The notes beneath the pieces are model-generated. The model was not told the DNA's origin, searched no databases, and saw nothing but the letters and a program-made list of their open reading frames with translations. A DNA stretch of 64,000 nucleotides from Candidatus Eiseniibacteriota bacterium (lineage in GTDB: Bacteria; Eisenbacteria; RBG-16-71-46; CAVPCR01): NCBI GenBank assembly GCA_963702435.1, contig CAVPCR010000001.1, forward strand, positions 352,001-416,000, written 5' to 3'. Positions 43,891-53,853 of the stretch are shown piece by piece (positions within the stretch are counted from its first letter, which is position 1; every line of letters starts with the position of its first letter). A program made the translations under genes and the position numbers.

Positions 43891-44035
43891 CGACTTGGCC
43901 GGCCCTGGCGAGGCGGGGCCGGCCCGGTGGGGCCCGGCGGGCCTGGCTAGCGCCGGCCGGCCTGGCCAGCAGTCAGGGGCGATGGCGGGCCGCAGCGAGC
44001 CCTGAAAAAAAATTAGCCCGGGCTACACTTTTGTA

Positions 44036-44064
44036 TTGACAGATGCGGGCCGCCCCGCTAGGTT
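44036..44064 (+). promoter_or_regulatory. sigma70-type promoter of the HNH gene
   Basis: TTGACA-17 nt-TAGGTT with an upstream A-tract. Confidence 0.65.
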
Positions 44065-44287
44065 CAAGCCATAGAGGAGCTTCGGGCCGCGCTCTCGCCT
44101 CGCCCACCTTCCCGCCGCGGCCCCCTCCTCCTCTGGACCGATAGGCCGAAGCTCAAGTGAACCCGGGCGGCGCGCCCCTTCCCGACCCCGCGCCCGCCGC
44201 CCCGATCGACCCCGACATCGTGCTTTTGCGCGCCCTGGCCCGTCTCGGGTCCGGGCGACGCGTGGGTGCCGCGAGCGCTGCCGCTTC

Positions 44288-46534
44288 GTGCGGGAGCGGG
44301 CGTTCGCGGCCGGGAAGGGCTGTGCCGTGTCCGTGCGACCGGTCGAACGGCGGTGGGAGCCGGGGGAGTTCGCGGGCGACCCGCAGGGGGAGGTGCTCTC
44401 GCCCGCGCCGGCGCTGTGGGCAGCGCGCGCGCTCGATCGCGAGCTGTGGGCGCTCGTGCATGCCGAGGCGCGTGCGGAGCGGGAGCTCGCGCGCGGTCTC
44501 GCCGCTTTGTGGGACGGGGAGCGCTATCGGCCACTCGGCTACGTGCGGGCGATCGACTTCGTGCGCGAGCATGTGGGGATCGAGGAAGGGACGGCGCGGC
44601 GACTGGCGCGGCTCGGGCGGGTGCTGGAGGCGACCCCGGTGCTCGATCAAGCGTTCGTCGGGGGGCGGCTGAGCGCATCGCACGTGCTCGAGCTGGCGGC
44701 GGTGGTGACGGCGGAGACTTCAGCTGAGGAGGGCGCGCGCTGGATCGCGGCGGCGACGGGGCTCACCTTCCGCGCGCTTGAGCGGCGCGTGCGCACGGCG
44801 AGGGCGGAGCGGGGGGAGAAGGAAGAAGTCACGGAAGAGAAGGCGGCCGAGGGCATGGACCCGGCGCCCGATGGCGGCTGGATGATGATCCCCGCGCCCG
44901 CGCGCATCGGCGTCCTCTGGCAGGAGACGGTCGCCGTGGCCCGCGCCACCGCGGGCGAGCACCTGCGGCAGGGCCAGGCCGCCGAGCTCATCTTCGCCGA
45001 GTACCTCGCCGCCACCGGCGGTGACCGACCGGATCCGGAGCCCGACCTGCTCGGGGCCGCGATCGCCGACGCCGCGCGCCAGCGCCTCATCGCCGACCTG
45101 ATGGCCGCGATGAACGCGCAGGCGCACAAGAAGCCGCGGCGCGAGCGGCCCACGGTGCCGGAAGAGGAGGAGCCGCCGGCCGCCCGCTTCCCGCGCGTCC
45201 AGTGGACCGTGCCCGCCGACGTGCTGCCGCCCGACTGCGTGATCGATCCCGCCGCCGATCCCTGGGTGCTCGGCGACACCCTCATCCGCATCGCTCGCTA
45301 CCAGAGCCGCCTGCGGACCGAGATCGCCCGCCGCCTCGCCCGGCTCCACGGCGCGCTCCTGTGGGCCCAGCTCGGCTTCGCCGACTTCACGACCTACTGC
45401 GAGGAGCGGTTGGGCTTCGGCCTCCGCCAGGCCGAGCGGCTCGTCCGCTTCCACCATGGCCTCGAGCGCTTCCCCGAGGTGCGCGCCGCGCATCGCGCCG
45501 GCGAGCTCTCGTACACCGCGGCTTTGCTCTTGTTACCTCTGTTGCACGAGACCACCGAGGAGCTGTGGGTGAACTGGGCGGCCCGCCTCACCTATCGCGA
45601 GATCGAGCGGGTGACCGAGTTCGCGCGGCTGTTCGCGTTGCCGGGCGCCGACGAGAGCGTGCTCGCCTCGTGGGCCGACGGTCTCATCGCCATGGGCTTT
45701 GCGCAAAGGAGGGAGGACCCCGGGGCGAACAGCACCAAGATTTCACATGACCCGACAGCGTTTGACGCGACCGCGGCCGCCGGGGCGGGCGAGGCGGCCG
45801 GCGCCACCGGGGCCACCACTTCACATGACCCGACAGCGTTTGACGCGACCGCGGCCGCCAGCGACACCACCGTCCCCCCCGACGTCCCCCTCGGCTACCC
45901 GCTCCCGCCCACCACCCCGCGCGGCCTTCCCGCGATCGCCGGCTTCCCTGCCGACCTCGCCCTCCTCCCCCAGGAGCGCTGCCTCGCCACCATCCGCTTC
46001 TTCCTCCCGCCCGACGTCCTCGACCTCGCCCTCTCCGCGCTCCTGCGCTGCCGGCTGAGCCAGGCTGACCCGCTCCGCCCCACCTGGGTCTACCTCGAGC
46101 TCCTCCTCTGCCACTTCCTCGACACCCACAGCAGCGCCGAGACCCGCGCTCATCACCAGCGCGCCCATCCCGTCCTCTGCCGCGACGGCTTCCTCTGCAC
46201 CAGCCCCGGCTGCACCGGCCACGCCCACCTCGAGGATCACCACCTCCACTTCAGGAGCCGCGGCGGCTCCGACCACCCCGCCAACCGCACCACCGTCTGC
46301 GCCGGCCACCATCGCCCCGCCATCCACCAGGGCACCGTCGAGCTCGGCGGGCTCGCCCCCGATCACTTGATCGCGCGTCTCGGCATCCATCCCGCTACCG
46401 GCCGCGCCTTCGCCGCCTACATCGGCGAGCGCCGTGTCTCCGACCACACCGCCCGCACCGCCCTCGCCGACTGGCGCCGCTCCCTCCGCCAGCGCGCCGA
46501 ACCGGCACGCGACACCGGAGACAGCGATGTGTAG
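44288..46534 (+). CDS. large HNH endonuclease (DUF222-like N-terminal region)
   Basis: C-terminal RDGFLCTSPGC...HHLHFRSRGGSD...NRTTVCAGHH; two helical LG(Y/F)..F..E..G repeats; start uncertain. Confidence 0.8.
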   Translation: MRERAFAAGKGCAVSVRPVERRWEPGEFAGDPQGEVLSPAPALWAARALDRELWALVHAEARAERELARGLAALWDGERYRPLGYVRAIDFVREHVGIEEGTARRLARLGRVLEATPVLDQAFVGGRLSASHVLELAAVVTAETSAEEGARWIAAATGLTFRALERRVRTARAERGEKEEVTEEKAAEGMDPAPDGGWMMIPAPARIGVLWQETVAVARATAGEHLRQGQAAELIFAEYLAATGGDRPDPEPDLLGAAIADAARQRLIADLMAAMNAQAHKKPRRERPTVPEEEEPPAARFPRVQWTVPADVLPPDCVIDPAADPWVLGDTLIRIARYQSRLRTEIARRLARLHGALLWAQLGFADFTTYCEERLGFGLRQAERLVRFHHGLERFPEVRAAHRAGELSYTAALLLLPLLHETTEELWVNWAARLTYREIERVTEFARLFALPGADESVLASWADGLIAMGFAQRREDPGANSTKISHDPTAFDATAAAGAGEAAGATGATTSHDPTAFDATAAASDTTVPPDVPLGYPLPPTTPRGLPAIAGFPADLALLPQERCLATIRFFLPPDVLDLALSALLRCRLSQADPLRPTWVYLELLLCHFLDTHSSAETRAHHQRAHPVLCRDGFLCTSPGCTGHAHLEDHHLHFRSRGGSDHPANRTTVCAGHHRPAIHQGTVELGGLAPDHLIARLGIHPATGRAFAAYIGERRVSDHTARTALADWRRSLRQRAEPARDTGDSDV

Positions 46535-46812
46535 CTCAGCACCCGCGACGACAGCCGCGGGTCTCTCCACGGCAGAGATCGGCACACCTCGAGCGCGCGC
46601 GTCGCGCACATCCCGTGCATCCTGCGCATGCCCCGCACGACCCGGCCATCGCCGTCCGGCCGATCTCCGTCCGGCCGGTCTCCGCCCGGCCGATGTCCCC
46701 TGTCGCCGGCCGGCCTTTCCGGTTATGATCTCCGGCCCAGCTCCCCAGAACGAACGCCGGGCCGACGACGACGACCCACGACCGGTAGAGACCGCAGCTC
46801 AAGGAGGATCTG

Positions 46813-47397
46813 ATGTTCGAGCTTCCCGCCCTCCCCTATTCCCTCGACGCGCTCGCGCCGCACTTCTCGCGGGAGACCCTCGAGTACCACCACGGCAAGC
46901 ACCATGCCGCCTACGTCGCCAAGCTGAACGAGCTCACCAAGGGCACGCCGCTCGAGAAGGCCTCCCTCGAGGAGATCATCAAGAAGGAAAGCGGTCCGGT
47001 CTTCAACAACGCGGCCCAGATCTGGAACCACACCTTCTTCTGGAACTGCCTCTCGCCGCAGGGCGGCCTGCCGAGCGCCGACCTGCTCGCCGCCCTCAAC
47101 GCGAACTTCGATTCTCTCGACAACTTCAAGACCCAGTTCTCGAATGCCGCCGCCACTCTCTTCGGTTCCGGCTGGGCCTGGCTCGTCGCCCGCCCAGGCG
47201 GCAAGCTCGAGATCGTTCAGGAATCGAACGCCGGGAATCCCATGACCAAGGGCGCGACCGCTCTCCTCACCTGCGATGTGTGGGAGCATGCGTACTACAT
47301 CGACTACCGCAACGCGCGCCCGAAGTACATCGAGGCTTTCTGGAAGCTCGCCAACTGGAAGTGGGTCGAGGCCCAGTGGCGAGGTGCCAAGGGCTAG
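46813..47397 (+). CDS. sodB: Fe/Mn superoxide dismutase (Fe-type signature)
   Basis: HHGKHH, FNNAAQIWNH, FGSGWAWL, DVWEHAYY. Confidence 0.93.
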   Translation: MFELPALPYSLDALAPHFSRETLEYHHGKHHAAYVAKLNELTKGTPLEKASLEEIIKKESGPVFNNAAQIWNHTFFWNCLSPQGGLPSADLLAALNANFDSLDNFKTQFSNAAATLFGSGWAWLVARPGGKLEIVQESNAGNPMTKGATALLTCDVWEHAYYIDYRNARPKYIEAFWKLANWKWVEAQWRGAKG

Positions 47398-47445
47398 CGC
47401 CGGGCACACCATCGCCGCCCGTCCTGCTCCGACCTGCTCCTGGTC

Positions 47446-48738
47446 CTAGTAGATCGACTCGGCCGGCCGCCGGCCGAGCAGGCGAAGCACTTCGCCCACG
47501 AGATAGAGCGACCCGCAGGCCACGACGAGGCCGCGCGTCCCGGCCGCCTCCCGCGCACGCGTTAGCGCCGGGCCGATACCCGGCGCAACCAGAACCCGCA
47601 CGCCGGCGCCCCGCCACTCGGCGGCGAGCGCCGGCGCCGGGATGGCGCGCGCGCTCGGCGGAGCGGTCACCACCACTCGATCCACCGCCCCGCTCAGGGC
47701 GCGAGCGAAGGCGCGCGGCCGCTTGCCGGCGACCATGCCGGTCACGGCCACCACCTTCCCCCCGCCGTGGAACCGGCGAAGGTACGCGGCGAGCACGCGC
47801 GCACCCGCCGCGTTGTGCGCCCCGTCCACGATCAACCAGGGCGTCACCCGCTCCATCCGCCCCGGCCAGCGGAGTCGGGCGAGACCCGTGCGCACGCCGG
47901 CTGCGGTCGTCGCCACCGGGAAGTCCCGGAGCGCCCCGAGCGCGAGGAGCGCGCAGGCGGCGTTGCGCACCTGATGCGCGCCGGCGAGCCCGAGCTCGAG
48001 ATGCGCCATCGAGAGCGCCTCGCTCCGGAACGCGAAGCGGCTCCCGTCGGCCCGGAGCTCCTCGATGCGGAACCGGCCGTCGCTCCCGAGGAGGAGCGGC
48101 TCCGCGCCCACGGCCTCCGCCGCCGCGAGCAGCTCGCCCCTGCCCTTCCCGGTCGCGCCGATCACGAACGGCCGTCCGGGACGGGCGATCCCCGCCTTGT
48201 CGCGGGCGATGTGCGCGATCGTCGGCCCGAGCACCTCCATGTGATCGAGTCCGACCGAGACCACGACGGAGACCAGCGGATCGACCACGTTCGTCGCATC
48301 GAGCGCGCCGCCGATCCCGACCTCGAGGACCGCGATGTCAACCTGTTCCCGCGCGAAGTGCAGGAACGCCAGCGCGGTCATCGCCTCGAAGAAGGAGGAC
48401 CCGTGCGTCGCGAGCACCGGCGCGAGCCCGTCCATGACGGCTGCCACGGCCGCCGGCCGGATCGCCCGCCCGTCCACACGCACGCGCTCGCGATACGAGA
48501 GGAGATGCGGACTCGAATAGAGCCCGGTGCGATATCCAGCCGCGCTCAGGATCGAGGCCAGGGCGGCCGCGACCGACCCCTTGCCGTTCGTGCCGCCGAC
48601 GAGGATCGCGGGCGTGCGCGCCTCGGGATGATCGAGCGTGGCGAGGAGGTCGCGGAAGCGGGCGAGCCCGAGCTTCATCCCGCTCCACTCGCGGCCCATG
48701 AGCTCGGTCAGGAGGCGGACTCCCGCCCGCGCGCTCAT
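47446..48738 (-). CDS. folC: folylpolyglutamate/dihydrofolate synthase
   Basis: GGTNGKGS, SSPHL, LEVGIGG, DATNV, WPGR, DGAHN, GSLYLVGE. Confidence 0.93.
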   Translation of the reverse strand: MSARAGVRLLTELMGREWSGMKLGLARFRDLLATLDHPEARTPAILVGGTNGKGSVAAALASILSAAGYRTGLYSSPHLLSYRERVRVDGRAIRPAAVAAVMDGLAPVLATHGSSFFEAMTALAFLHFAREQVDIAVLEVGIGGALDATNVVDPLVSVVVSVGLDHMEVLGPTIAHIARDKAGIARPGRPFVIGATGKGRGELLAAAEAVGAEPLLLGSDGRFRIEELRADGSRFAFRSEALSMAHLELGLAGAHQVRNAACALLALGALRDFPVATTAAGVRTGLARLRWPGRMERVTPWLIVDGAHNAAGARVLAAYLRRFHGGGKVVAVTGMVAGKRPRAFARALSGAVDRVVVTAPPSARAIPAPALAAEWRGAGVRVLVAPGIGPALTRAREAAGTRGLVVACGSLYLVGEVLRLLGRRPAESIY

Positions 48739-49655
48739 CGGGCAGCGGCGTCGGGCGTCTCGTCGCTTCGTGGCGGGCGCAGGCGCCGGCGGTCGGGCAT
48801 CCGGCGCGGCTCGAGCACGAGGTCGATCAGGTGCGCGACCCGATCGCGCATCTCGCGCCGCGGCACGATCATGTCGATCATGCCGTGCTCGAGCACGAAC
48901 TCCGCGCGCTGGAAGCCGGGCGGCAGCTCCTGGTTGATCGTCTGCTGGATGACGCGCGGGCCGGCAAATCCGATCATGGCCTTGGGCTCCGCGATGATGA
49001 CGTCGCCGAGGGCGGCGTAGCTCGCCGCCACGCCGGCGGTGGTCGGATCGAGGAGGATCGAGATGTACGGTATGCCCTGATCGAAGAGATCGGCGAGGAC
49101 GACCGAGGTCTTCGCCATCTGCATGAGCGAGAGGATGCCCTCTTGCATGCGCGCGCCGCCCGACGTGGAGACGATGACGAGCGGCATGCGCTCGTGGAGC
49201 GCGAGCCCGATCGTGCGGCGGAGCTTCTCTCCGGTGGCCGAGCCGAGCGTGCCGCCGAGGAACGAGAAGTCCATGATCCCGATCGCGATCGGGTGGCCGA
49301 AGATGCGCGCGCGGCCCGTCACCACCGACTCGCTGAGCCCGGTCGCGCGGCGATTCTCGCGCAGGCGGTCGGTGTAGCGCTTGGTGTCGCGGAACCCGAG
49401 CGGATCGGCCGCCGTGATCGCCGTGAACAGCTCCTCGAAGGAGTTGAGATCGACGAGCAGGTTCATGTACTCGCGCGCGCCGATGCGGAAGTGGTGCCCG
49501 CATTTCGAGCAGACGAGGAGGTTCCGCTCGAGATCCTTGGCGTAGAGGATCTCCCCGCAACCGTCGCACTTGCGCCAGAGGCCGTCCGGCGCCTCCCGCT
49601 CCCGCTCCGGCCGCCCGCTCTTGATCCCCAGAGTGGTCTTCTTGAACCAGGACAT
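48735..49655 (-). CDS. accD: acetyl-CoA carboxylase carboxyltransferase beta subunit
   Basis: GLWRKC zinc finger, SGGARMQEG, SLMQMAK, GFAGPRVI, GFQRAEF. Confidence 0.97.
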   Translation of the reverse strand: MSWFKKTTLGIKSGRPEREREAPDGLWRKCDGCGEILYAKDLERNLLVCSKCGHHFRIGAREYMNLLVDLNSFEELFTAITAADPLGFRDTKRYTDRLRENRRATGLSESVVTGRARIFGHPIAIGIMDFSFLGGTLGSATGEKLRRTIGLALHERMPLVIVSTSGGARMQEGILSLMQMAKTSVVLADLFDQGIPYISILLDPTTAGVAASYAALGDVIIAEPKAMIGFAGPRVIQQTINQELPPGFQRAEFVLEHGMIDMIVPRREMRDRVAHLIDLVLEPRRMPDRRRLRPPRSDETPDAAAR

Positions 49656-49663
49656 GCGTTAGT

Positions 49664-50335
49664 TCAGGACTCCCGGGATTCTTTCCCTGATCCCCGCGAA
49701 GGCCGTCCGCCCGGCATCGCCGGCGCGGCGGCGCGCGGCCGAGCCGGGGAGGAAGCAGACGGCCCACTGGACGATCGAGCCGGCGACGATGCGGGCGGCG
49801 GCCCATCCGGCGATGCGACCGGCGGATCACCCGGGCCCCCGGCCCGGCACCCCCCGCACTCCCGCACCATGATCACCGCATCCTCCCGCCCCGCATAGTA
49901 ACCCTTCCGCAGCCCCTCGGGCCGGAAGTGATGGCGCGCATAGAGCGACATGGCTGCCCGGTTGCCGGCCCGGACCTCGAGCGAGATGAAGCTCGCCCCC
50001 CCTCGTTCCGCCCGCTCGATCAGGTGCCGGAGGAGAGAGCGGCCCACACCCCGCCGCCGGTGCTCCGGGTGCACGGCGAGATTCCCCAGGTGCACCTCAT
50101 CGAGAACGAACCAGGCCACGAGATAGCCGATGACCTGCCCGTCCTCGATCGCGACCCGCGCATAGGCCGGGTCGGACCGCGTGAGCTCCTCGATGAAGAA
50201 GCGCTGCGGCCAGGGGTCCGGGAAGGACCCCCGCTCGATTGCGTCCACCTGTTCGAGCAGGGCCTCGGTCATCGGCTCGATGGCGAGTCGATCAGGGAGC
50301 GCGGTGGCGTCTGAATCGGGCATGGAGTCGGGCAT
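49664..50335 (-). CDS. rimI: ribosomal protein S18 alanine acetyltransferase
   Basis: NLAVHP..RRRGVG, LEVRAGN, RKGYY..REDA. Confidence 0.88.
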   Translation of the reverse strand: MPDSMPDSDATALPDRLAIEPMTEALLEQVDAIERGSFPDPWPQRFFIEELTRSDPAYARVAIEDGQVIGYLVAWFVLDEVHLGNLAVHPEHRRRGVGRSLLRHLIERAERGGASFISLEVRAGNRAAMSLYARHHFRPEGLRKGYYAGREDAVIMVRECGGCRAGGPGDPPVASPDGPPPASSPARSSSGPSASSPARPRAAAPAMPGGRPSRGSGKESRES

Positions 50336-50742
50336 CCGGACATCGGCGGGGCATCGGGATCGAACTTCGGATCGAACTTCGGATCGGCGGCCGCGGCCGG
50401 GAGCCGGCGAGCGCCGCCGGCCCGCGGTGGACCATGGACCGACGGGTCGGGCCAGACGGCCGTGCAGCCCGGCGACCGTGGCGGCACTCGCAGCCCGGCG
50501 ACCCGAGCGAAGGCCATGTCGAGGCCGGCGGCCAGGATACCACGCGTCCTTCCGGTCGCGCCGCCTCGGTCCCAGACCTCTCGCTCCCAGTTCCTTTGAC
50601 CGGAGACCGCCCGGCGCGATATAATAAGCTGTGCCGGGCTGGCTTGGCTCCTGGCCGAGCTGTGCCCCGACCGGCTTCCCGAAGCCCGCTCCCGAAAATA
50701 CTGAACGTCAACCCCAACCTGCTCATGCTTGCGAGGATGCGC

Positions 50743-53055
50743 ATGTCCAAGCACTACCAGACCAACCGTCCCTGCGTTCGCCACTTCCTCGCCTTCGGCT
50801 TGGCGGTGCTCCTGCTCGCAACCGCGGCAGGCACTGCCCTCGCCGCCGCCAACCCGTGGGCCGAGGCCGCCGAGTCGGCCATTCCGGCGATCGGGATGCG
50901 GACGATCCAGCCCGAGGCCTACCGGACCGTGGCTGCCGACTTCGGTGAGCTGGGCCGGATCCTGGCCCGCGCGCCATTGGAAGGCACCGCGGCCGCGGAG
51001 AGCGCTCCGCTCTTCCTCGACCTCCCGCTTCCCGACGGCTCGACACGCGAGTTCCGCGTGGTCGAGACCGCGCTCATGCACCCCGACCTCGCGGCCCAGT
51101 TCCCCGAGATCCGCACCTACGTCGCCCGCCTGGCCGAGGCGCCCGGCGTCACGGCGCGTCTCGATCGCACGCCGCACGGGTTCCACGCCATGATCTTCAT
51201 GGCCGAGGGCACGGCCTACATCGATCCCTACCAGCAGGGCGATGTCACCCACTACCAGGCCTACTGGCGGCGGGACTTCCGGGCCACCGATCGCGGCTTC
51301 GGCTGCGAGGTCATCGACGAGGCCGGGACGGCCGATGAGATGCGCGCGATCATCGCCGGCGGCGGCGGTGCCGATGCCCACGGGACGCAGCTCCGCACCT
51401 ACCGCTGCGCGATCGCCACGACCGGCGAGTACACGGTCTTCCACGGCGGCACCGTTCCGCTCGGCCTCGCCGCGGTGACGACTGCCCTCAATCGCGTGAC
51501 CGGGATCTACGAGAAGGAAGTCTCGGTGCGCATGCAGCTCATCGCCAACAACAGCCTCATCATCTACACCAACGGCGCGACCGACCCGTACACGAACAGC
51601 GACGGCGCGGCGATGCTCTCCCAGAACCAGTCGACCCTCGACGCGGTGATCGGGACCGCCAACTACGACATCGGGCACGTCTTCTCGACGGGCGGTGGCG
51701 GCATCGCCTCGCTCGGCGTCGTCTGCCGCGCCGGTCTCAAGGCGCGCGGCGTGACCGGGCTCCCCTCCCCGATCGGCGATCCCTTCTACGTCGACTACGT
51801 CGCCCACGAGATGGGGCACCAGTACTCCGCGAACCACCCGTTCAACGGCACGGCCGGGTCGTGCGCCGGAGGCAACCGGAATGCCGGGACCGCCTACGAG
51901 CCGGGCAGCGGCTCGACCATCATGGCCTACGCTGGCATCTGCGGTAACCAGAACCTGCAGCCGCTCAGCGACGACTACTTCCACTGGATCTCGATCCAGG
52001 AGATCGTCAACTACACGACCTTCGGCTCGGGGAACGGCTGCGCCGTGACCACCGCGACCGGCGCCGTGATCCCGGTCGTGACCGCCCCCGCCGGTGGCTT
52101 CACGATCCCGATCAGCACGCCGTTCTCGCTCACCGGTAGCGCGACCACGGTCGGCACCCCGACCTACTGCTGGGAGCAATCAGACCTCGGCCCCGCCGGA
52201 TCGCCCACCTTACCCTCCGGCAACGCGCCGATCTTCCGCTCCTGGGACCCGGTGACTACGCCGACCCGCATCTTCCCGCGGCTCCAGAGCATCCTCAGCA
52301 ACGGCTCGGTGATCGGCGAGCTCCTGCCGACCTACGCCCGGAACCTCTCGTTCAAGATGACCGTGCGCGACGCGCAGACGGGCGGCGTCGGGGTCGACCT
52401 GGCCTCGATTCTCTTCTCGGTGGACGGCGCATCCGGGCCCTTCACCATCACCTACCCGAACGTGTTCAACATCCAGCTGCCGGGCGGCAGTCCGGTCACC
52501 GTGACCTGGAACGTGGCGAACACGAACGTACCTCCGGTGAACGCTCCGACGGTGAACATCCTCCTGTCCACCGACGGCGGCAACAACTTCACCACGTCCC
52601 TCGCCAGCGGGACGGCCAATGACGGGACGGAGTCGGTGGTCCTGCCCAACATCGCGACCACGACCGCTCGCGTCAAGGTCGAGGCGGTGGGACACGTCTT
52701 CTTCGACATCAACAACTTCAACTTCCAGATCCAACAGTCGGCGGCGGTCGAGGATCCGGTCGCGGTGGCGGGAGCGGGCACGCCGGTGCTCCACGAGTGC
52801 CGGCCGAATCCGTTCAATCCGCAGACCGCGATCGTCTTCGAGCTGCCGGCGGGGGGTGAGGCCTCGCTCCGCGTGTACGACCTCGCCGGGCGGCTGGTGA
52901 CGACCCTCGTTGACGGCCCGCTCGCCGCGGGACGGCACGAGTCATCGTGGAACGGGACCGACGCGCGCGGCGCCGCCGTGGCGTCGGGGATCTACCTCTG
53001 CGAGCTCCGCGCCGGGCGCTTCCGCCAGACCCAGCGGATGACGCTCCTCAAGTAG
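50743..53055 (+). CDS. secreted reprolysin-like (M12) zinc metalloprotease with C-terminal FlgD/T9SS-type domain
   Basis: signal peptide; YDIGHVF; VAHEMGHQYSANH; EPGSGSTIMAYAG; tail PNPFNP...GIY. Confidence 0.9.
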   Translation: MSKHYQTNRPCVRHFLAFGLAVLLLATAAGTALAAANPWAEAAESAIPAIGMRTIQPEAYRTVAADFGELGRILARAPLEGTAAAESAPLFLDLPLPDGSTREFRVVETALMHPDLAAQFPEIRTYVARLAEAPGVTARLDRTPHGFHAMIFMAEGTAYIDPYQQGDVTHYQAYWRRDFRATDRGFGCEVIDEAGTADEMRAIIAGGGGADAHGTQLRTYRCAIATTGEYTVFHGGTVPLGLAAVTTALNRVTGIYEKEVSVRMQLIANNSLIIYTNGATDPYTNSDGAAMLSQNQSTLDAVIGTANYDIGHVFSTGGGGIASLGVVCRAGLKARGVTGLPSPIGDPFYVDYVAHEMGHQYSANHPFNGTAGSCAGGNRNAGTAYEPGSGSTIMAYAGICGNQNLQPLSDDYFHWISIQEIVNYTTFGSGNGCAVTTATGAVIPVVTAPAGGFTIPISTPFSLTGSATTVGTPTYCWEQSDLGPAGSPTLPSGNAPIFRSWDPVTTPTRIFPRLQSILSNGSVIGELLPTYARNLSFKMTVRDAQTGGVGVDLASILFSVDGASGPFTITYPNVFNIQLPGGSPVTVTWNVANTNVPPVNAPTVNILLSTDGGNNFTTSLASGTANDGTESVVLPNIATTTARVKVEAVGHVFFDINNFNFQIQQSAAVEDPVAVAGAGTPVLHECRPNPFNPQTAIVFELPAGGEASLRVYDLAGRLVTTLVDGPLAAGRHESSWNGTDARGAAVASGIYLCELRAGRFRQTQRMTLLK

Positions 53056-53092
53056 AGCGTTCACGACTGGACCGTTCACGACCGCGAACGAC

Positions 53093-53126
53093 GAGGCCCG
53101 GCTTGCCGCACGGCAGGCCGGGCCTC
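53093..53126. terminator. strong hairpin between convergent genes
   Basis: GAGGCCCGGCTTGCCG-CA-CGGCAGGCCGGGCCTC; no U tract. Confidence 0.5.
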
Positions 53127-53154
53127 TCGCTGTCCTGGTGGGGCGAGGACGTCC

Positions 53155-53853
53155 CTACATGCGGACGGCGAGGGGATCCCGGCGGACCACGGCGTCCGGG
53201 CGGCGGACGTAGAGGGGCTCGAGCGCGTCGAGCGGATCGCCGCCGTCCCGCCCGAGCTTCTCGGCGCCGAGGGCGGCGAGCACCGCGGCCCGGGGGAGCG
53301 CGAGCTCGCGGGGCGCCAGGGCGGCCCCGGATCCGGCCACCGCGTGCACCGCCTCCGCCCCGGTGCCGACGAGGAGCACCCGCGGCCCGAGGAGGCGGCA
53401 GCGCGCCGCCACGTCGGCCGGCGCTCCGGCCTGGAATCCGGGGTCCAGGTGCTCGACCCCGCCGATCGTCGCGTGGTAGGCGGTGTAGTAGACCTCGCCG
53501 CGGCGCGCATCGATGCAGGGCACGACCGGCCCCACCCAGGGTAGAGCGCCGCGGGCGAGCACGGCGAGGCTCGGGATCCCGGCCAGCCCGGCGCCGGTGG
53601 CGAGAGCGAGGCCCTTCGCGAACGCGAGCCCGATCCGCAGCCCGGTGAACGAGCCCGGGCCCAGCGACACGGCGATGCCGCCCAGGTCCCGGGGCGCAAT
53701 ACCGAGATCGGCGAGGAGACCGTCGAGGCTGACGAGGATCTTCTCGGCGTGCTTCCGCCCGAGATCGAGATGGAGCTCGGCCAGCGTCGCGTCGTCCCGG
53801 CGGAGGGCGAGGCCGAGGCGATCGGTCGCGGTATCGATGGCGAGGATCAGCAT
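53155..53853 (-). CDS. tsaB: tRNA t6A biosynthesis protein TsaB
   Basis: MLILAIDTAT, GPGSFTGLRIG, IDARRGEVY, EPLYVR. Confidence 0.93.
   Translation of the reverse strand: MLILAIDTATDRLGLALRRDDATLAELHLDLGRKHAEKILVSLDGLLADLGIAPRDLGGIAVSLGPGSFTGLRIGLAFAKGLALATGAGLAGIPSLAVLARGALPWVGPVVPCIDARRGEVYYTAYHATIGGVEHLDPGFQAGAPADVAARCRLLGPRVLLVGTGAEAVHAVAGSGAALAPRELALPRAAVLAALGAEKLGRDGGDPLDALEPLYVRRPDAVVRRDPLAVRM

Noticed and set aside
45742..45859. CRISPR array in the HNH gene
   Set aside because: Only two repeats, in frame within a coding region, and no cas genes; kept as a repeat finding only.
47446..49830. 794-aa folC fusion, and similar long N-terminal extensions of tsaE, tsaB and the deacetylase
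   Set aside because: The extensions overlap upstream genes in another frame; real starts overlap the upstream stop codons.
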